Notes under the pieces: model-generated
Told to the model about the DNA's origin: nothing
Databases searched by the model: none
What the model saw: the letters and a program-made list of their open reading frames with translations, nothing else
In this document: positions 14,471 to 27,990 of the stretch, one piece after another
Layout of the letters: each line of letters opens with the position of its first letter
Position numbering within the stretch: position 1 is the stretch's first letter
DNA from: Eledone cirrhosa
Taxonomy: Eukaryota
Direction of reading: 5' to 3'
DNA: 64,000 nt
NCBI GenBank assembly: GCA_964016885.1
Contig: OZ024762.1
Coordinates: 11,904,001 to 11,968,000, forward strand
Translations under genes and position numbers: made by a program

Positions 14471-15127
14471 CATTAATCACAAACACATGAACAATTACAT
14501 TATAGCACACATATTTTATGTTCAGCTGTTTTTGTTGAAACAATTTACACTTTTCTTCCCTGGGGCTCAGATTAACCCTAAATATTAAATAACAGGTTTA
14601 CCATAGCTGCTGTTTAACCCTAGGTCAACCCTTCAATCCTGCACAAAACTTATGAATGACACCACGCTATTCATGAATAATGGTTTTCATCATCATCATC
14701 ATCACCGTTTTACATCCGTTCTTCCACGCTAGCATGGGTTAGACGGGTTCTCCTGTTGTGGGCAGTGTCCGGTTGGCTGACCTTGTCTTGCTCATACGGG
14801 AACTGATTCTGGCTTGATTTCTACAGCTGGATGCCCTTCCTAAGACCAACCTCATTTACAGTGAGTGCTGGGTGCTTTTTTGCCGTGGCACCTCCACGTC
14901 CACTTTACAGTGTGGGCTGGGTGCTTTGTGGCACCTCCACGACCACTTTGCAGTGTGTGTGTGGGGGGGCTATTTATTATTTTGTTGTTTATGTTAATAA
15001 CATATTCTAGGTGGTGAATTGGCAGAGTCGTTAAAACGTCAGATAGAATGGTTTGTGGTATTTGTTCCGGCTACCTAATTTTTGTTTGGGGATTTATTTG
15101 TTTCAGGAAATCTGTGGTGTGTGAAAA

Positions 15128-18100
15128 ATGGGGCAGAACTTATCAACACTTCAGGTAGCCCCTGTCCAAGCAGCAGAAAGAAGAAAACATCAGCAACCCA
15201 TTTCAAGGCAATACCGTCTTCAACGTCACGTCCACAGCTTTCTAGTGCCAGAAAACAAGGTTTTGCCCAGGGAAATTGCCCACCGAAAGCTACGTCCAGT
15301 TTCCGTGCAACTCGCAGCCAAGAATTCAGATTTTGCATCGATCTGGGGAAACCCAGTCACCGTGCTTGATGAACGAATTCGTTCAAAAATCGAAAGTTTG
15401 CAAAAGGCTTCTCTGGAAAACCAGGCCAAAAGTTCCACTAACAAAACAAGGGGTGAAATTGTTGCCCCTTCAAAAGGTTTGGAGAAGGATCACAGTGGAG
15501 ATTCTTTACTAAATACTAATAAAACTAATGCAAATCTAAGTATTGCTAAGGAAGAAATATCATCAGACAGCAGCAAGAAAAGGGAGACCCAAACAAATAA
15601 TTTAAAAGCAGGGAGTAATTTTCAGTTACTTAAATCACACAGTCTGTATACAAAACCCAAGGTTTCAGAAAATATGCCCCCAGAACAACAAGCTAAATAT
15701 TTATCTCCAAATCAAATCTCAAAACAATCCCCACCCCCAGATCATTCTTCCAAGACATCAGCCTTCCATTCAACCAGTTTTAATGATACAACTAACCGTG
15801 AGTACACACCAAAAGAGAAAGCACCAGTTGCTTCTTTGCCACAAAAGAGTTTCCCAGTCGACCAGTATCATTCTCTTACATATGCACAGATGGCAGAAAT
15901 TCGTCGACAGAAATTTCCCAATGAGCCTGCAAATAAGCCCATTTCTACTTCCCCAAGCCTCCAGCCTGAGGGGAAACCATCAAATGCTTCAGGCCCTCAA
16001 AGTAATAATTGCAATGGGAATCGTCGGAGAAAGAAACGTCAGGCCCCTCCTCCACCTCCATATGCAAGTAAGTTTACAACTCAACCAATGAACACGCAGT
16101 CTACATCTGACATAAGGTCATGTGACAATAAACCTAACGTCACTGCAAATGCTTCACCCCAGAGTATCCCTTTCACAACTGAAACTGATCATGAAAAATG
16201 TCATAATTCTCAAACACAAATCCCTGGGATATCAAGTCCACCCATGACATCCCAGTTTACCTGTAAACCCAATCTAGAAAATATCTCTCTTAACAATGTC
16301 CAGTCACAAGAGAAACACACTGAGCAAAATTGTTCTGAGAACAGAATTATTTCCGACAACTTTGTCTTAATGAAACGAACCCAAAGCAACTGTCATGCAA
16401 ATTTAACCAACATGGACTCACTCGGTGATGAGGGCAGAATTATTTCTGACAATGTTATCTTAAAAAAACAAACCCAAAGCAATTGTCACCCAAACCTAAC
16501 GAACATGGACTCATTCAGTGATTGCTCCCAAACCAAACCAAACCAAAATACTGGCCATCCACAACAGAATGGCTGGCATGAAGCAGTTGGCAGTAAGGTT
16601 TCTAGTGACTTTAAATCCACTAACATCTCAAATGACTTCCACAGTAGATACAACTTTAGTTCATCTTCAAACCAACAATATCAACACAAGAATCAAAGAC
16701 AAGCTATAGAGTCAAGTCAAGTCTACAATGTTCAGCCACACTCCAGACCCTACGTACTCACTCCATCAGGTACCATGTTGACTTCATGTCCAGCAGTGAT
16801 ACCTGATTCTTCTCAAACCAATCAAGTTAATACAGAAAACACATTGACCAATGCTGGACTTGAACTTCAGTTTTCTGACAAAACTAACAAAAATCAAGAT
16901 TTTTCTGTGTGGAACAATAAAGATTATCTTCCTTCAAACAATCAGAATTATGCTTCAAGTAATTTACAAATGGGGGATGAGACTTTGACTGTGAATGAGA
17001 TCTTTAATGAGAAATGCCCTTCATCTATAAAACCTTCTCCATCAATGTACTATGCAACAGCAAAACACTTCACATCTGGAGATGATCCGACTAATAATAA
17101 CAATAACACAACACAATCTAAAACATCTGACAACTACGACAGTGACACACATCAACGTCATGGTTCATTAGTGTCTGCAAACTCTGTGGACCGGTCAAAA
17201 GGTTTTAGCCGAGCCATTACAGAGGAGACAGCAACACCAAACACCTCCATTGAATATACACAAACGGTCTCTTCAGTTTCTCTTCACAATCAACGAGGAA
17301 GCAGAATAAAAACGAACAGCGAAGAATTTCCAGATTATTATCGCAACAGGGTTCCCTGTCCAAAGACAGATGACGGTAATAACACTCAAAGATACCAAGA
17401 AACCAGACAAACTGATCTTCTGCCGCTGCCAGAAATTGGAATGAACCGAAATGTCAGAGAAACGGATTGTCATGTGGAGGAGAATTGGCAGTTGAGAGAA
17501 TCGGTGAAAACATTCATTCCCTTTGTTGGAACTAACACTATGGAATACTTAATGACTAAACCAGTAGCCCCGCCGCCGCCACCCCCACCACCACTAGCAA
17601 TACCACCGCCACCACCACTGCCTCCCCCACTACCACCACCACTACCATCGTTTGATACTATATCAAATTATTGCCCCTCTTTTCAAAGAGATTCGGTAAA
17701 CCAAACCAGGCAGAATTCCCTCCCTAACAATATTTCTAAGTTGACCGTTTCCTCCTCTGGAATTATGAAAGGACTGGAAACTATCTTTAGAGAAGACATC
17801 ATAGAAGCTCGGAATAGCTTACGGTCAAGGAAAAAGCCAGAGAACTCTAGTTCTTTAACTCTACAACCTGCAAAGAAAGATCTTCGTGATGCCTTCTATT
17901 ACGAACTATCACAGACATGTCTGGCCAGACGGAGGTTACGACAAGAAGAAAACTTTACCAAATTACCAAATGGCAAAAACCAAATTTTGGGTAATGTTGT
18001 GAACGATGTTAAAAAATTCCCAGATCTGCAGGAGAAAAATAAGACAAGTGCGAAGAAATTCAGTTATGTGTGTAGAAATGATTCATTCGAATCAAATTCT

Positions 18101-19734
18101 TCTGAAAATCTTAAAATTAACAAAGATTTTAAAAATGAAAATGGAAGATTTTCAACTGGAGTAAGATCTTTAGACCGACCCAAGCAGCCATATTTGAAAA
18201 GTTACAAGCAAAAAGAAAATGGAGCTGCAAGATCGGTGTCAGAATGGATGCCATTGCAAGATTTGGACGAATCTGATAATTCTGATGCAGAAAGTTCCGT
18301 GAAAAATGTCCAGCGGAAGTATACGACTGGATTTAAATCTGGTCTTATTCCCAAAAATATAAAGTATTTAAATAACACAAAAGAGTTTTATGACACAAAC
18401 AGCCCTAAATCAGAAGACACAATCCAAAAGAATTCCTTCGGTCGAAAGCAGGAACAAAGCTGCTTCGTTACATTAAATTCGAATCAATCTAAAAATCAGA
18501 AGAAAATGTCTTCAGCTGATCTTTCTGGAACCAACCTGAAAACAGAGAATAATGATTGGGATAAATCTAATAGAATGAAAGAAGATCCAAAATGTTATAA
18601 CAATGGAAAGAATGGTGGTTATTTGAGACAGAAATCTGGAGAAATGGCAGGACGATGTCATTCGGAAGGCAGCAGGTATGATGGAGAGAAAGAGATGGAA
18701 TCAGAGATTTACCAAAAGGAAGCAGATATGGAAAGAGAAAGGCAAAATCAAGTGGAAACAGAAATTGAATTCTTAAAGAAACGATCGAATCAAAAACAGG
18801 CAAAAGGTTCTTTGAGGAATAAATTAACAAAACTAACTAAACAGTCATTATCTGCCATATATGGTTCGGAAGAGAAACGAAGGAACTCTTCGAATAAGGA
18901 GTCAAAAGATGTTGAATATAAAGAAGATATTACCAAACACAACAAGAATTGCAGGGAGAGTGTGAAGACTAATTCCAATTGCAGGGAGAGTGTGAAGAAT
19001 AACCCTAATTGCAGGGAAGGTGCGAAGAATAACCCCAAGAATGAAGAGAACTTAAACAGAACAAACTTTGAAGAGAAATTAACTTTGTCAAAAGGTAAAG
19101 AACAGGATGTTAGCCACCACATCATCAATGACTCTACAATTGCTAGCACAGATACCCTCACAAATGATATTCTTCTGAAACCGAAGATTAACGAGTTCAA
19201 CGCAAACATATATTTCCCAAATTCGTTAGCACCAAATTATGTCCCAAACCCATTCATGGGAATGATGCCTCCAAATTATTTTGATACTTCCTACGTCAAT
19301 GAATATCTTAAATTGGTCGGAATCGGTCAACCGTTTCTTCCAATGAACCTGACTGGGTACCACAACATTCCTGGTTACTTAGGAAACACATTCAACATGG
19401 CGCCACAGACAAGTGATATATACACAGGAACAAACTTTATGAATCCTCTGCCGTTTTTACCATCAGTCTTCAATAATTTCACTGATGCCACTGATGCCAG
19501 CAACTCAAAGTCTAAAGATGTAAAGAACCCTGTCTACACAAGCGACAGTGATGACGATGCTGATTCTTTGTACCAATCTCCAGGAACCTACACAGACCAA
19601 ACAAGCAATTGGAGCTCAGATAATATCAAAAGTATACAAACGGAAGAATTAGAAAATTCAGACAGTACCCAGTCCTCCGAAATTTATATTTTTCAAGAAG
19701 ATAAAGAACTGGATGAACGAGACAGAGATTTCGA
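15128..19734 (+). CDS. Main coding exon of an uncharacterised ~1550-aa S/N/Q/K-rich protein (myristoylation-like MGQNLS, RRRKKRQAPPPPP, polyproline, WH2-like segments)
   Basis: Uninterrupted, largely non-repetitive 1536-codon ORF. Acceptor tttatttgtttcAG ends at 15106, 21 nt before the ATG. The ORF's stop overlaps a GTGAGT donor at 19735-19740. Confidence 0.9.
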
Positions 19735-19820
19735 GTGAGTAAAATTAAACTTTTTTTCTTTCCATATTGAGTTTTTTTTATTATTATATTAATCTATTTT
19801 TTTTTATTTTATTCCAACAG

Positions 19821-19869
19821 TTCCGGGAATGCTTTGTCATCGGAATCCGAGGCTCTAATGCTCAACTGA
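19821..19869 (+). CDS. Probable terminal coding exon of the large + strand gene, (D)SGNALSSESEALMLN*
   Basis: 86-nt AT-rich intron 19735-19820 (GTGAGT...ttttattccaacAG). Splicing joins GA|T = Asp and reads 15 further codons to TGA at 19867-19869. Confidence 0.7.
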
Positions 19870-20011
19870 TGTATTCCAGACCAGAAGAGACAGATATTTA
19901 ACCATTTCATAACTGTATTTCTAATGACATACACCATATTACAATTAACTAATGAAGAATTTGGAGGGATTTACTAAAATTATCAATCATTTTGTTAAGA
20001 GAGTAACTTAA

Positions 20012-20231
20012 CCCTTTAGCATTTACATTACTCTATATATACTATTGTATTTTTGTGGTAAAGGCTTTATCTCATATATTTTCTCACATAATATCGAATC
20101 TATGAGATTTTGATATTATTCATTTTGAGAACAATACCTTAATATTAGTATGAGTGGTCGGTTACAGCTGGTTTGAACAGAAAGAGGTGAGAGAATTCTG
20201 GCCGGATACGGCCGGCTTGAATACTAAAGGG
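20012..20231. mobile_element. piggyBac-like MITE (copies at ~8928-9155, 38655-39040, 49075-50225, 52455-52590)
   Basis: TTAA|CCCTTTAG ... CTAAAGGG|TTAA. Confidence 0.75.
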
Positions 20232-21015
20232 TTAAGATATCTAAATCTAGTCTAAAGTCGGTCTCAAGCCAGGACGCTCGTCAGGCCGGTATTTAGAAGT
20301 CTAATATTGCAAATATAAGACTTCTTCTTTGTCCACATATTCCTGTGAGGGTCGTGCGGTGGGGAAAGAATCCTCAGAGATGCCTTCCAGAAAGTTCTAC
20401 CAGAAGTAACCATCTCCAAATGCTCCAGCTGGGTCCCCAAACAAGACCAAACCAAGTTTATGGATGTTATCCAACCATCTTGCTTGTGTTCTAACTCTGG
20501 TTCTCCCTGTAAAATCTCTCCAGTAGTTAAATATTAGTCTTTTGTTATTAAGTTCAAAGTTATTTCACTAAACCTCTCAAAATTCTTGATTATTTTGATA
20601 ATTAAAACACAAAGGTATCATCATCATCATCATCATTTTTATGTCCACTTTTCTATGCTTGCATGGGTTGGATGGATCCTTCTCAGCATGCCATCTCTCC
20701 ATACGTTGCGATCCTTTGTCATCTCCTCTGTGAGTTTCAGTGATTTGAGGTCAGCTCTTGCAACCTCTGCCCATATCCTTGTTAAACTACATGGTCATAA
20801 AAGGTACAAGACCCATGTTAGTAAGATTTAAACTCAGAATGTAAAGAGACAGAACAAATACAGTGAAGGTATTTTGTATTGTATTGATTCTGCCAATAAA
20901 TACACCATGTCTTCTTTTAGAAAGATCCTATTTTCGATGAACACAAAGAAACATTTTAAAAAATATATCTATAAAAATATATAAATATATATATATATAC
21001 TTTTTTTTTTTTTTT

Positions 21016-21290
21016 GAAAGTAAGGTTTTTTTAAATATATCCCACACAGGTAAAAATGTACGGAAAAGAAGTTGAAAATACAATTGGATTTTTTTAAGGT
21101 TTATTTACAATAATTTATAACTTCACCAGTTTCAAAAGTTAAGAGAGATGGAGAGATGTGTGACTGTCGGCATAGCCACACATTTCTCCATCTCTCTTAA
21201 CTTTTGAAAAATTATGAAACCGGTAAAGTTATGAATTATTGTAAATAAACCTTCTAAAAAACTCCAATTGTATTTTCAACTTCTTTTTCT
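21016..21290. mobile_element. Fold-back (palindromic) element with a degenerate hammerhead half (GAAACCGGTA)
   Basis: ~230-bp near-perfect hairpin 21063-21288; its flank cccacacaggtaaaa is shared in reverse orientation with the copy at 36893-37110. Confidence 0.65.
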
Positions 21291-21324
21291 TATATATACC
21301 CTCCCAGTTTTTTACCACTATATA

Positions 21325-21415
21325 TATATGTAACCTCTCTTTCTGATGAGTGAACTAGACATATGTTAATATTGTCTACAGTCCTGAAACCTTTGGTAAT
21401 GGAGTAGTTATATAT
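21325..21415 (+). ncRNA. Degenerate hammerhead motif (GAAACCTTTGGTA family)
   Basis: CTGATGA at 21343-21349, a TAGACA/TGTCTA hairpin, then GAAACCTTTGGTAATGGA, as at 52725-52798. Confidence 0.45.
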
Positions 21416-21526
21416 TGTTGTTCACTTTCTAATTATATATATATATATATATATACACATATATTTATATATATATACATATATACATATATATATATAT
21501 ACACATATACATATATATACATATAC

Positions 21527-21558
<32 letters not shown>

Positions 21559-21719
21559 TTTTGTTTTAAGGATCTTTCTTGTTTAGGAGAACATGGAGTA
21601 GTTCTTCCTTCCAAATGTGACTCTCCCTATGGACATAATTGAATCAGTGTCCATGTCCATTGGGCAATGTGATGACATTTGAATCTAAAGAAATAAAAAG
21701 TCAAGGAGTTGATCATCAG

Positions 21720-22165
21720 AATGGACCAAGGAAACAATGTTTCCACTGGTCTTTCCATTACTGATAGTCTTCCAGTCGCAAATCCTGGTGGAAGAAAAGA
21801 GAGACGCTGATCGAGAAATCAGACAAAGGAAACAATGTTTCCACTGGTCTTTCCATTGTTGAGACAATCTGTCAGTCACAACTCCTGGAGAGAAGCTGAT
21901 GGTCAAACTGGACCAAGGAAACAATGATTCCATTACTCTTTCCATTGCCGATACTATCTAACAGTCAACAACTCCTGGTGGAAGAAAGAAGCTGATGGTC
22001 AAACTGGACCAAGGAAACAATGTTTCCATTAGTTTTTCTATTACAGATATTATCTTCTAATCACAACTCCTGGCAGAAAAAAGGGAGCTGATCAGACCCC
22101 CCAAAAAAACCCAATATTCCCATTGATCTTTCTATTGCTGATATTACCTGCTGGTCGCAACTTCA
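21720..22165. repeat. ~95-bp tandem unit family (also 40620-40985 x4, single units at ~36240 and ~38357)
   Basis: ggaccaaggaaacaatg...gatactatct...acaactcctgg. Confidence 0.85.
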
Positions 22166-22407
22166 GACAGACAAAGGTGGAATTTGAACTCAGAATACAC
22201 AGAACAGTATAAAATTCCACAAAACATCTCATCCAACCCTTTAACCTGTTGACTGCCACACATATTTTACACAGCTACAGTTGCTGTGCTGGGTTATTTT
22301 CCAGTAAAATGAAGTCATGAACTGTTGGAAACGAGTTATCTCATCTATGGCACTAAAAGAGGTTAATAATTCTGTTAAGCCACAATCCCTGCTGAACTAC
22401 TTTTATA

Positions 22408-22548
22408 TGGCCCTTTATGATCTGAGTTCAAATCCCGCCGAGGTTAACTTTGCCTTTCATCCTTACGGGGGTCGATAAAATAAAGTACTAGTAATGCACT
22501 AGGATAATTGCTGGCCTTGTGCCAAAAGTAGAAACAATTATATTATTA
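22408..22548 (+). mobile_element. Same SINE family, 5'-truncated, + orientation
   Basis: gagttcaaatcccgccgaggttaactttgcctttcatcc... Confidence 0.85.
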
Positions 22549-22856
22549 TAACATTCCCACCTTCCAACCTCCACTTTTTCCTAACTTTACTCTTTCTGAT
22601 GAAGGACCAGCCTCCAATACGTAGACTGTCTTTTTTCCTTTTCCAACAAGTATGAAACTAATAAGAGTTTGTATAATTGTATTTCTGTATTTGTTTTCTT
22701 TTAAATTTTGAACTATATATCACACACACATGTATAATATATATTATTTTATATATACACCCACACATATATTATATATATGTATATACACACATATTAT
22801 ATATATTATAATTTATACTATTTTTTAAATATATATATATAGACCCACACACACAC

Positions 22857-22902
<46 letters not shown>

Positions 22903-23130
22903 TATTGACACATACATACACATACACACACGTGGGAGTCTGTCTGTCTTGTGACAAACGGATAAAAATGACAAAATTATTAAAACATTGATTATTACTG
23001 GTGAAACATTGTATTCTTGTTGAAGGCACTCAACTCAACTTCCCCATCATACACACCAAGTTATAAATAACATACACACACACATATATATACATATATT
23101 ATATACATACACACACACACACACATATAT

Positions 23131-23172
<42 letters not shown>

Positions 23173-23187
23173 GTGTATATATATATA

Positions 23188-23545
23188 TAGTTAGAGAAGC
23201 AAAAAATTGCTTATTGTGATCCAGTTTTTGGTTAAGAAAGCCAGTTTCATGGATGGTTTCAACGTACGGTTAGGGGTAACTCCACAAGTTTGTAAGAATT
23301 CCGTTCAATCACCTCCTCATTCCTCTCTCTCTATACAAGTAAATACAATTCCAAATAAATGTTTTTCTCTATATATTAAGAATTATTTCAAGAGTAACTC
23401 ACTATTTTGAAAATTTGGACTGTGAACAACAATTATAATTGAGTGGCTGCTATTTGCAGTATAACAATATAAGGTTGCACTTACTAATGAAACGGTCGTA
23501 AATACCTGAATAAAATCCTTCTCTTAATGCTTACCTGTGTTTTCT

Positions 23546-23585
<40 letters not shown>

Positions 23586-23795
23586 ATAGAAGAGAAAACA
23601 CAAGTAAGCATTAAAAAAAAGGATTTTATCCAGGTATTTACGACCGTTTCATTGGTAAGTACAACCTTATATTGCTATACTGCAAATAGCAGCCACTCAA
23701 TAATAATTGTTGTACACGTCCAAATTTTCAAAATAGTGAATAATGTCTGAACCACAAACTGGATTACAATAAGCAATTTTCTGCTTCCCTAACTA
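23188..23795. repeat. Large palindrome centred on a (TA)n tract
   Basis: Inner arms ~23397-23552 / 23585-23740 and outer arms ~23188-23235 / 23745-23795 are reverse complements. Confidence 0.85.
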
Positions 23796-24404
23796 TATAT
23801 ATATATATCATCATCATCATGATCGTTTAACGTCCATATTCCACGCTTGCATGGCTTTGGACGGGAATTTTCCCACTTGAGGCAAGAGTGGTTGTCTTGC
23901 TTGCATAGGACTGTCTGGCAGGTTTTCTACGGCTGGATGCCCTTCCTAACACCAACCACATTTACACACACATATATATATATATATAAAACTATAATAC
24001 ATTTTTTTTAAAGATTCTATAAATAAAGTTGTTTTACCTCAAAATATATGTCAATGTTTTCAGTATGGTTTATCAATCTTATCTAAATAAAAGCAGCCTG
24101 CTACAATAAAAGATAATGTTTTATATACAATAAATAATTGTTTCTACTTTTAGCACAAGGCCAGCCGTTATCCCAGTGTATTACTGGTACTTTATTTTAT
24201 CGACCCAGTGGAATAGAAGAAGGAAAACTCACTAACTCTGTATGTGTCTACTCTGTAATGCAACGTACAGCCAATCAACTGTACACTTATCTCATTGAGT
24301 GTATGAGATACAGGGGTCACTAAAATAAATTCAGGGACTTTCGTAATCTCTCTCTGTACACAAACACATATACATACATATGCATATATATATATATATA
24401 AAGT

Positions 24405-24610
24405 GCCAAGAAATACCAATAGAAGGAAGATGTAGTAGAGGAAGACCACGAAAAACATGGGCGAAGGTGGTGAGAGCTGACCTCAGATCGCTGAAGTTCA
24501 CGGAGGAGATGAAGGACCGTGACAAGTGGAGAGATACTGTGCTGAATAGGACCCGTCCCACCCTTGCAAGCAGGGAAAAGCGAACGTAAAATGATGACAA
24601 TGATGATGAT
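24405..24610 (+). mobile_element. RTE-clade LINE 3' end with (GAT)n tail
   Basis: IEGRCSRGRPRKTW...DRDKWR; related minus-strand pieces at 11240-11760, 20620-20780 and 25080-25300. Confidence 0.75.
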
Positions 24611-26594
24611 ATATATATATTCAAAACAAAGCAAAGTTTCACAAGGTCTCTATTATGTGTTATCAATAAAGACCTTAATGTGAAACTTCGCTTTGTTTTT
24701 AATATATATACACTCTGCCTTAACAGAGAGTGTTGATTTTGGTACCTTCCTCAGTAAACCACGAATTTACTGAACCAAATATATATGTGTGTGTGTGTAT
24801 CATCATCATCATCATCATTTAACGTTCATCTTCCATGCCAACATGGGTTGGATGGTTTTATCCCACTTGAGGCAAGTTTGGTCGGCTGACCATGTCTCGG
24901 TCATACAGAACTGTCTCTGGCAGGTTTTCTACAACTGGATACCCTTCCTAACACCAACCACTTTCACAGTGTGGACAGAGCTTTTTTACCATGTCACCTA
25001 CACAACCACTTTAGTTGGACGAAAATGGGAAGATGGAGTAGGGAGTGAGGTGTATATTGGGTTAAGAGGTGCCTACTGACTGTAGGTTTAAGTTTGTATG
25101 CATGGGAAGGCGGGTCTTCTGTACAACTGCATAGTGCCAAAGATCTCGATCCAGTGACATTGTCTTAGAGAGATGTAAGTGAGCAAGGTCAGTTTTTATC
25201 ACCTCGTTCCAGGTTTTTCTTGGTCTACCCACTCCATAACTTCCATCAATTCTGATCGCTCTGCACTTTTTTATACAACTGTTCTCCTTCAAACGCATCA
25301 CGTGTGTGTGTGTGTGCATATACAATATATATATATAAATATATATACACATATATTATCATCACCATTTAATGTCCATTTTTCTACACTAGCATGAGTT
25401 ATGTGGGTTGTCATGTTGGGGAAACAAGTCAGATCAGATGACCGTGTCTTGCTCATACAGAACTGTTTCTGGTTTGGTTTCTACAGCTGGATGCTCTTTA
25501 ATTGAGAGTCTGGCATTGGTTGATGAGGCCAATCTGGGCCCAGAAACCCTGCCCACATGTGGATAAGGGCTGTAGTTGAAGTGGGTATATTAGTTGTGTG
25601 TGCATATATTTGTATATCTGTATGTATTTTTTTCTTTTTTTTTTTTCACTTGGGAGTGAAAGGCCCCCAGTTGTTGTCACAACACCTTTCTAAGAGAGGG
25701 AAACTCTGAAAAGAAACCTGCAGCTTCTGAAGCATCCGATGATGTTGACCAGTTCTCCTTTTCGGGTAGTGTTTTCGATGCTCAGAGAGTGAGATTGGTT
25801 GAGTGCAAGGCCTCTCCCAACTTTAAAAACCTTCAAAGCACAGGCATTGCTTGTTCAGGATATGTTACAGGTTTGTGTGGCTGGCCGTAGCCTAAAAGTG
25901 TACCAAACTCTATAATTTAACAAGAGATTGTAATACGCTTAGCAGAGTTTTCAGCCATCATGTATGTATACATATATACGTAAGAGACAAAGAGTTGAGG
26001 TGGGGTGAAATGCATATAGTATTTGTTAAAAAAAAATGAAGACCAACATTTTTCTCTTCTCTTTTTGTTATCTACATGAAGGATGAGAGAAGTTTCAACA
26101 CATTTAATTTATTTATTATTTTAATTAATATTAATATTGATATATGTTCAATTATCATTGTTGTTAGTTTTATTGTCATTATCATCAGTATTATTATTAT
26201 TATGATCATGATATTGATATTTAACTGGGGGTGGTGGAGGTGGTTGCAAATACCATTTCAAGATGGCTGAAGGAGTCAATGATGGTTTATTTTAACAATC
26301 CAATGATGAGGCATTTTAAAACAAATATACATATATACAAAAACAAAATAACAAATACACAAGCAATCATACATGCACACACATACATATACATACACAC
26401 ACAAGCACATACATACATACACACATATACACACACACATACATATACATACACTTACACACATATACACACACAAGCACATACATATATACACACATAT
26501 ACATATACACACACATACATGCATATACATATACAGACACACATACACACACACCACTATCATCATCATCATACTAACAAGTCTTTCTAACATT

Positions 26595-26995
26595 AGCTCA
26601 AAGCCAACAATTTTGCAGGAGGGGAAAATCAACTAAATCAACCCCAGTGTATTACTGGTACTTCATTTTATCGACCTAGTAAGGACGAAAGGCAAAGCTA
26701 ACCTCGGCGGGATTTGAACTCAGAATGTAAAGGGCCGTAACTCTATGCTGCAAAGCATGGTGTTTGACCCTCTACGAACACTGCCAAACCACCATTTCTG
26801 ATTTAGGCACAAGACCAGCAATTTTGGGGGAGGGGAAAGTCGATTAAATTGACCCCAGTGCGTGACTGGTACTTTATTTTATCGACCCTGTAAGGATGAA
26901 GGGCAAAGCTAACCCCAGCGGGATTTGAACTCAGAAAGTAAAGGGCCGTAACTCTATGCCGCAAAGCATATTGTCCAACACTCTACTGGTACTGC
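26595..26995 (-). mobile_element. Two tandem SINE copies
   Basis: Match to the 8035-8578 unit. Confidence 0.85.
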
Positions 26996-27304
26996 CCTCT
27001 TAACAATAATAATAATAATAGTTTGCCCAGTACTTTTTTCTTGTGAATGTTTTAACCCAAGGTTGATGTATTCAGTGAGAAGGGGTCTTTGTTACTTAGT
27101 AAGTAGGAAGGACTCAATACCTGGCACACAATCATTGGAGCTATCTTGAGGGGGTCAATTGCACTAAATGAACCTCCACAGCAGAACACCATTTACCTTG
27201 GAGACTTCAAATACTTCTTCTTCTTCTTCTTCTTCTTCTATCACCTGTCTGTGATGACAGGTGATAGAATGGTTGGGTTAGTAGGAGCACAGGTGTGGAG
27301 GGGA

Positions 27305-27990
27305 GTGTTGGTAGTGGTGTTGGTGTTGGTGGTGGTGGTAGTGTTGCTGTTGGTGGTGGTGGTGGTAGTGATATTGTTGGTGTTGGTGGTGGTGGTGGTA
27401 TTATTGGTTGTGATATTGTTGGTGTTGGTGGTGGTGGTGGTGGTGGTGTTGTTGTTGTTGTTGGTGGTGGGGTGGTGTTGTTGTTGGTGGTGGTGGTGGT
27501 GGTGTTGTTGGTGGTGGTGGTGGTGGTGGTGGTGGTGGTGGTGGTGGTGTTGTTGTTGTTGTTGGTGGTGGGGTGGTGTTGTTGTTGGTGGTGGTGGTGG
27601 TGGTGTTGTTGGTGGTGGTGGTGGTGGTGGTGGTGGTGGTGGTATTATTGGTAGTGATATTGTTGGTGTTGTTGGTGGTGGTGGTGGTGTTGTTGTTGTT
27701 GGTGGTGGTGGGGTGGTGTTGTTGTTGGTGGTGGTGGTGGTGGTGGTGGTATTATTGGTAGTGATATTGTTGGTGTTGGTGGTGGTGGTGTTGTTGTTGT
27801 TGGTGGTGGTGGGGTGGTGTTGTTGTTGGTGGTGGTGGTGGTGGTGGTGGTATTATTGGTAGTGATATTGTTGGTGTTGGTGGTGGTGGTGTTGTTGTTG
27901 TTGGTGGTGGTGGTGGTGGTGGTGGTGGTGGTGGTGGTGGTGGTGGTGGTATTATTGGTAGTGATATTGTTGGTGTTGTTGGTGGTGGTG
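27305..27990. repeat. (GGT)n/(GTT)n trinucleotide block (similar at 940-1290, 4375-4620, 44220-44930, 57085-57425)
   Basis: Direct inspection. Confidence 0.95.

Noticed and set aside
22590-22640. CTGATGAAGG...CCT as another hammerhead
   Set aside because: The GAAA core is missing (ccaatac); at best a dead relic
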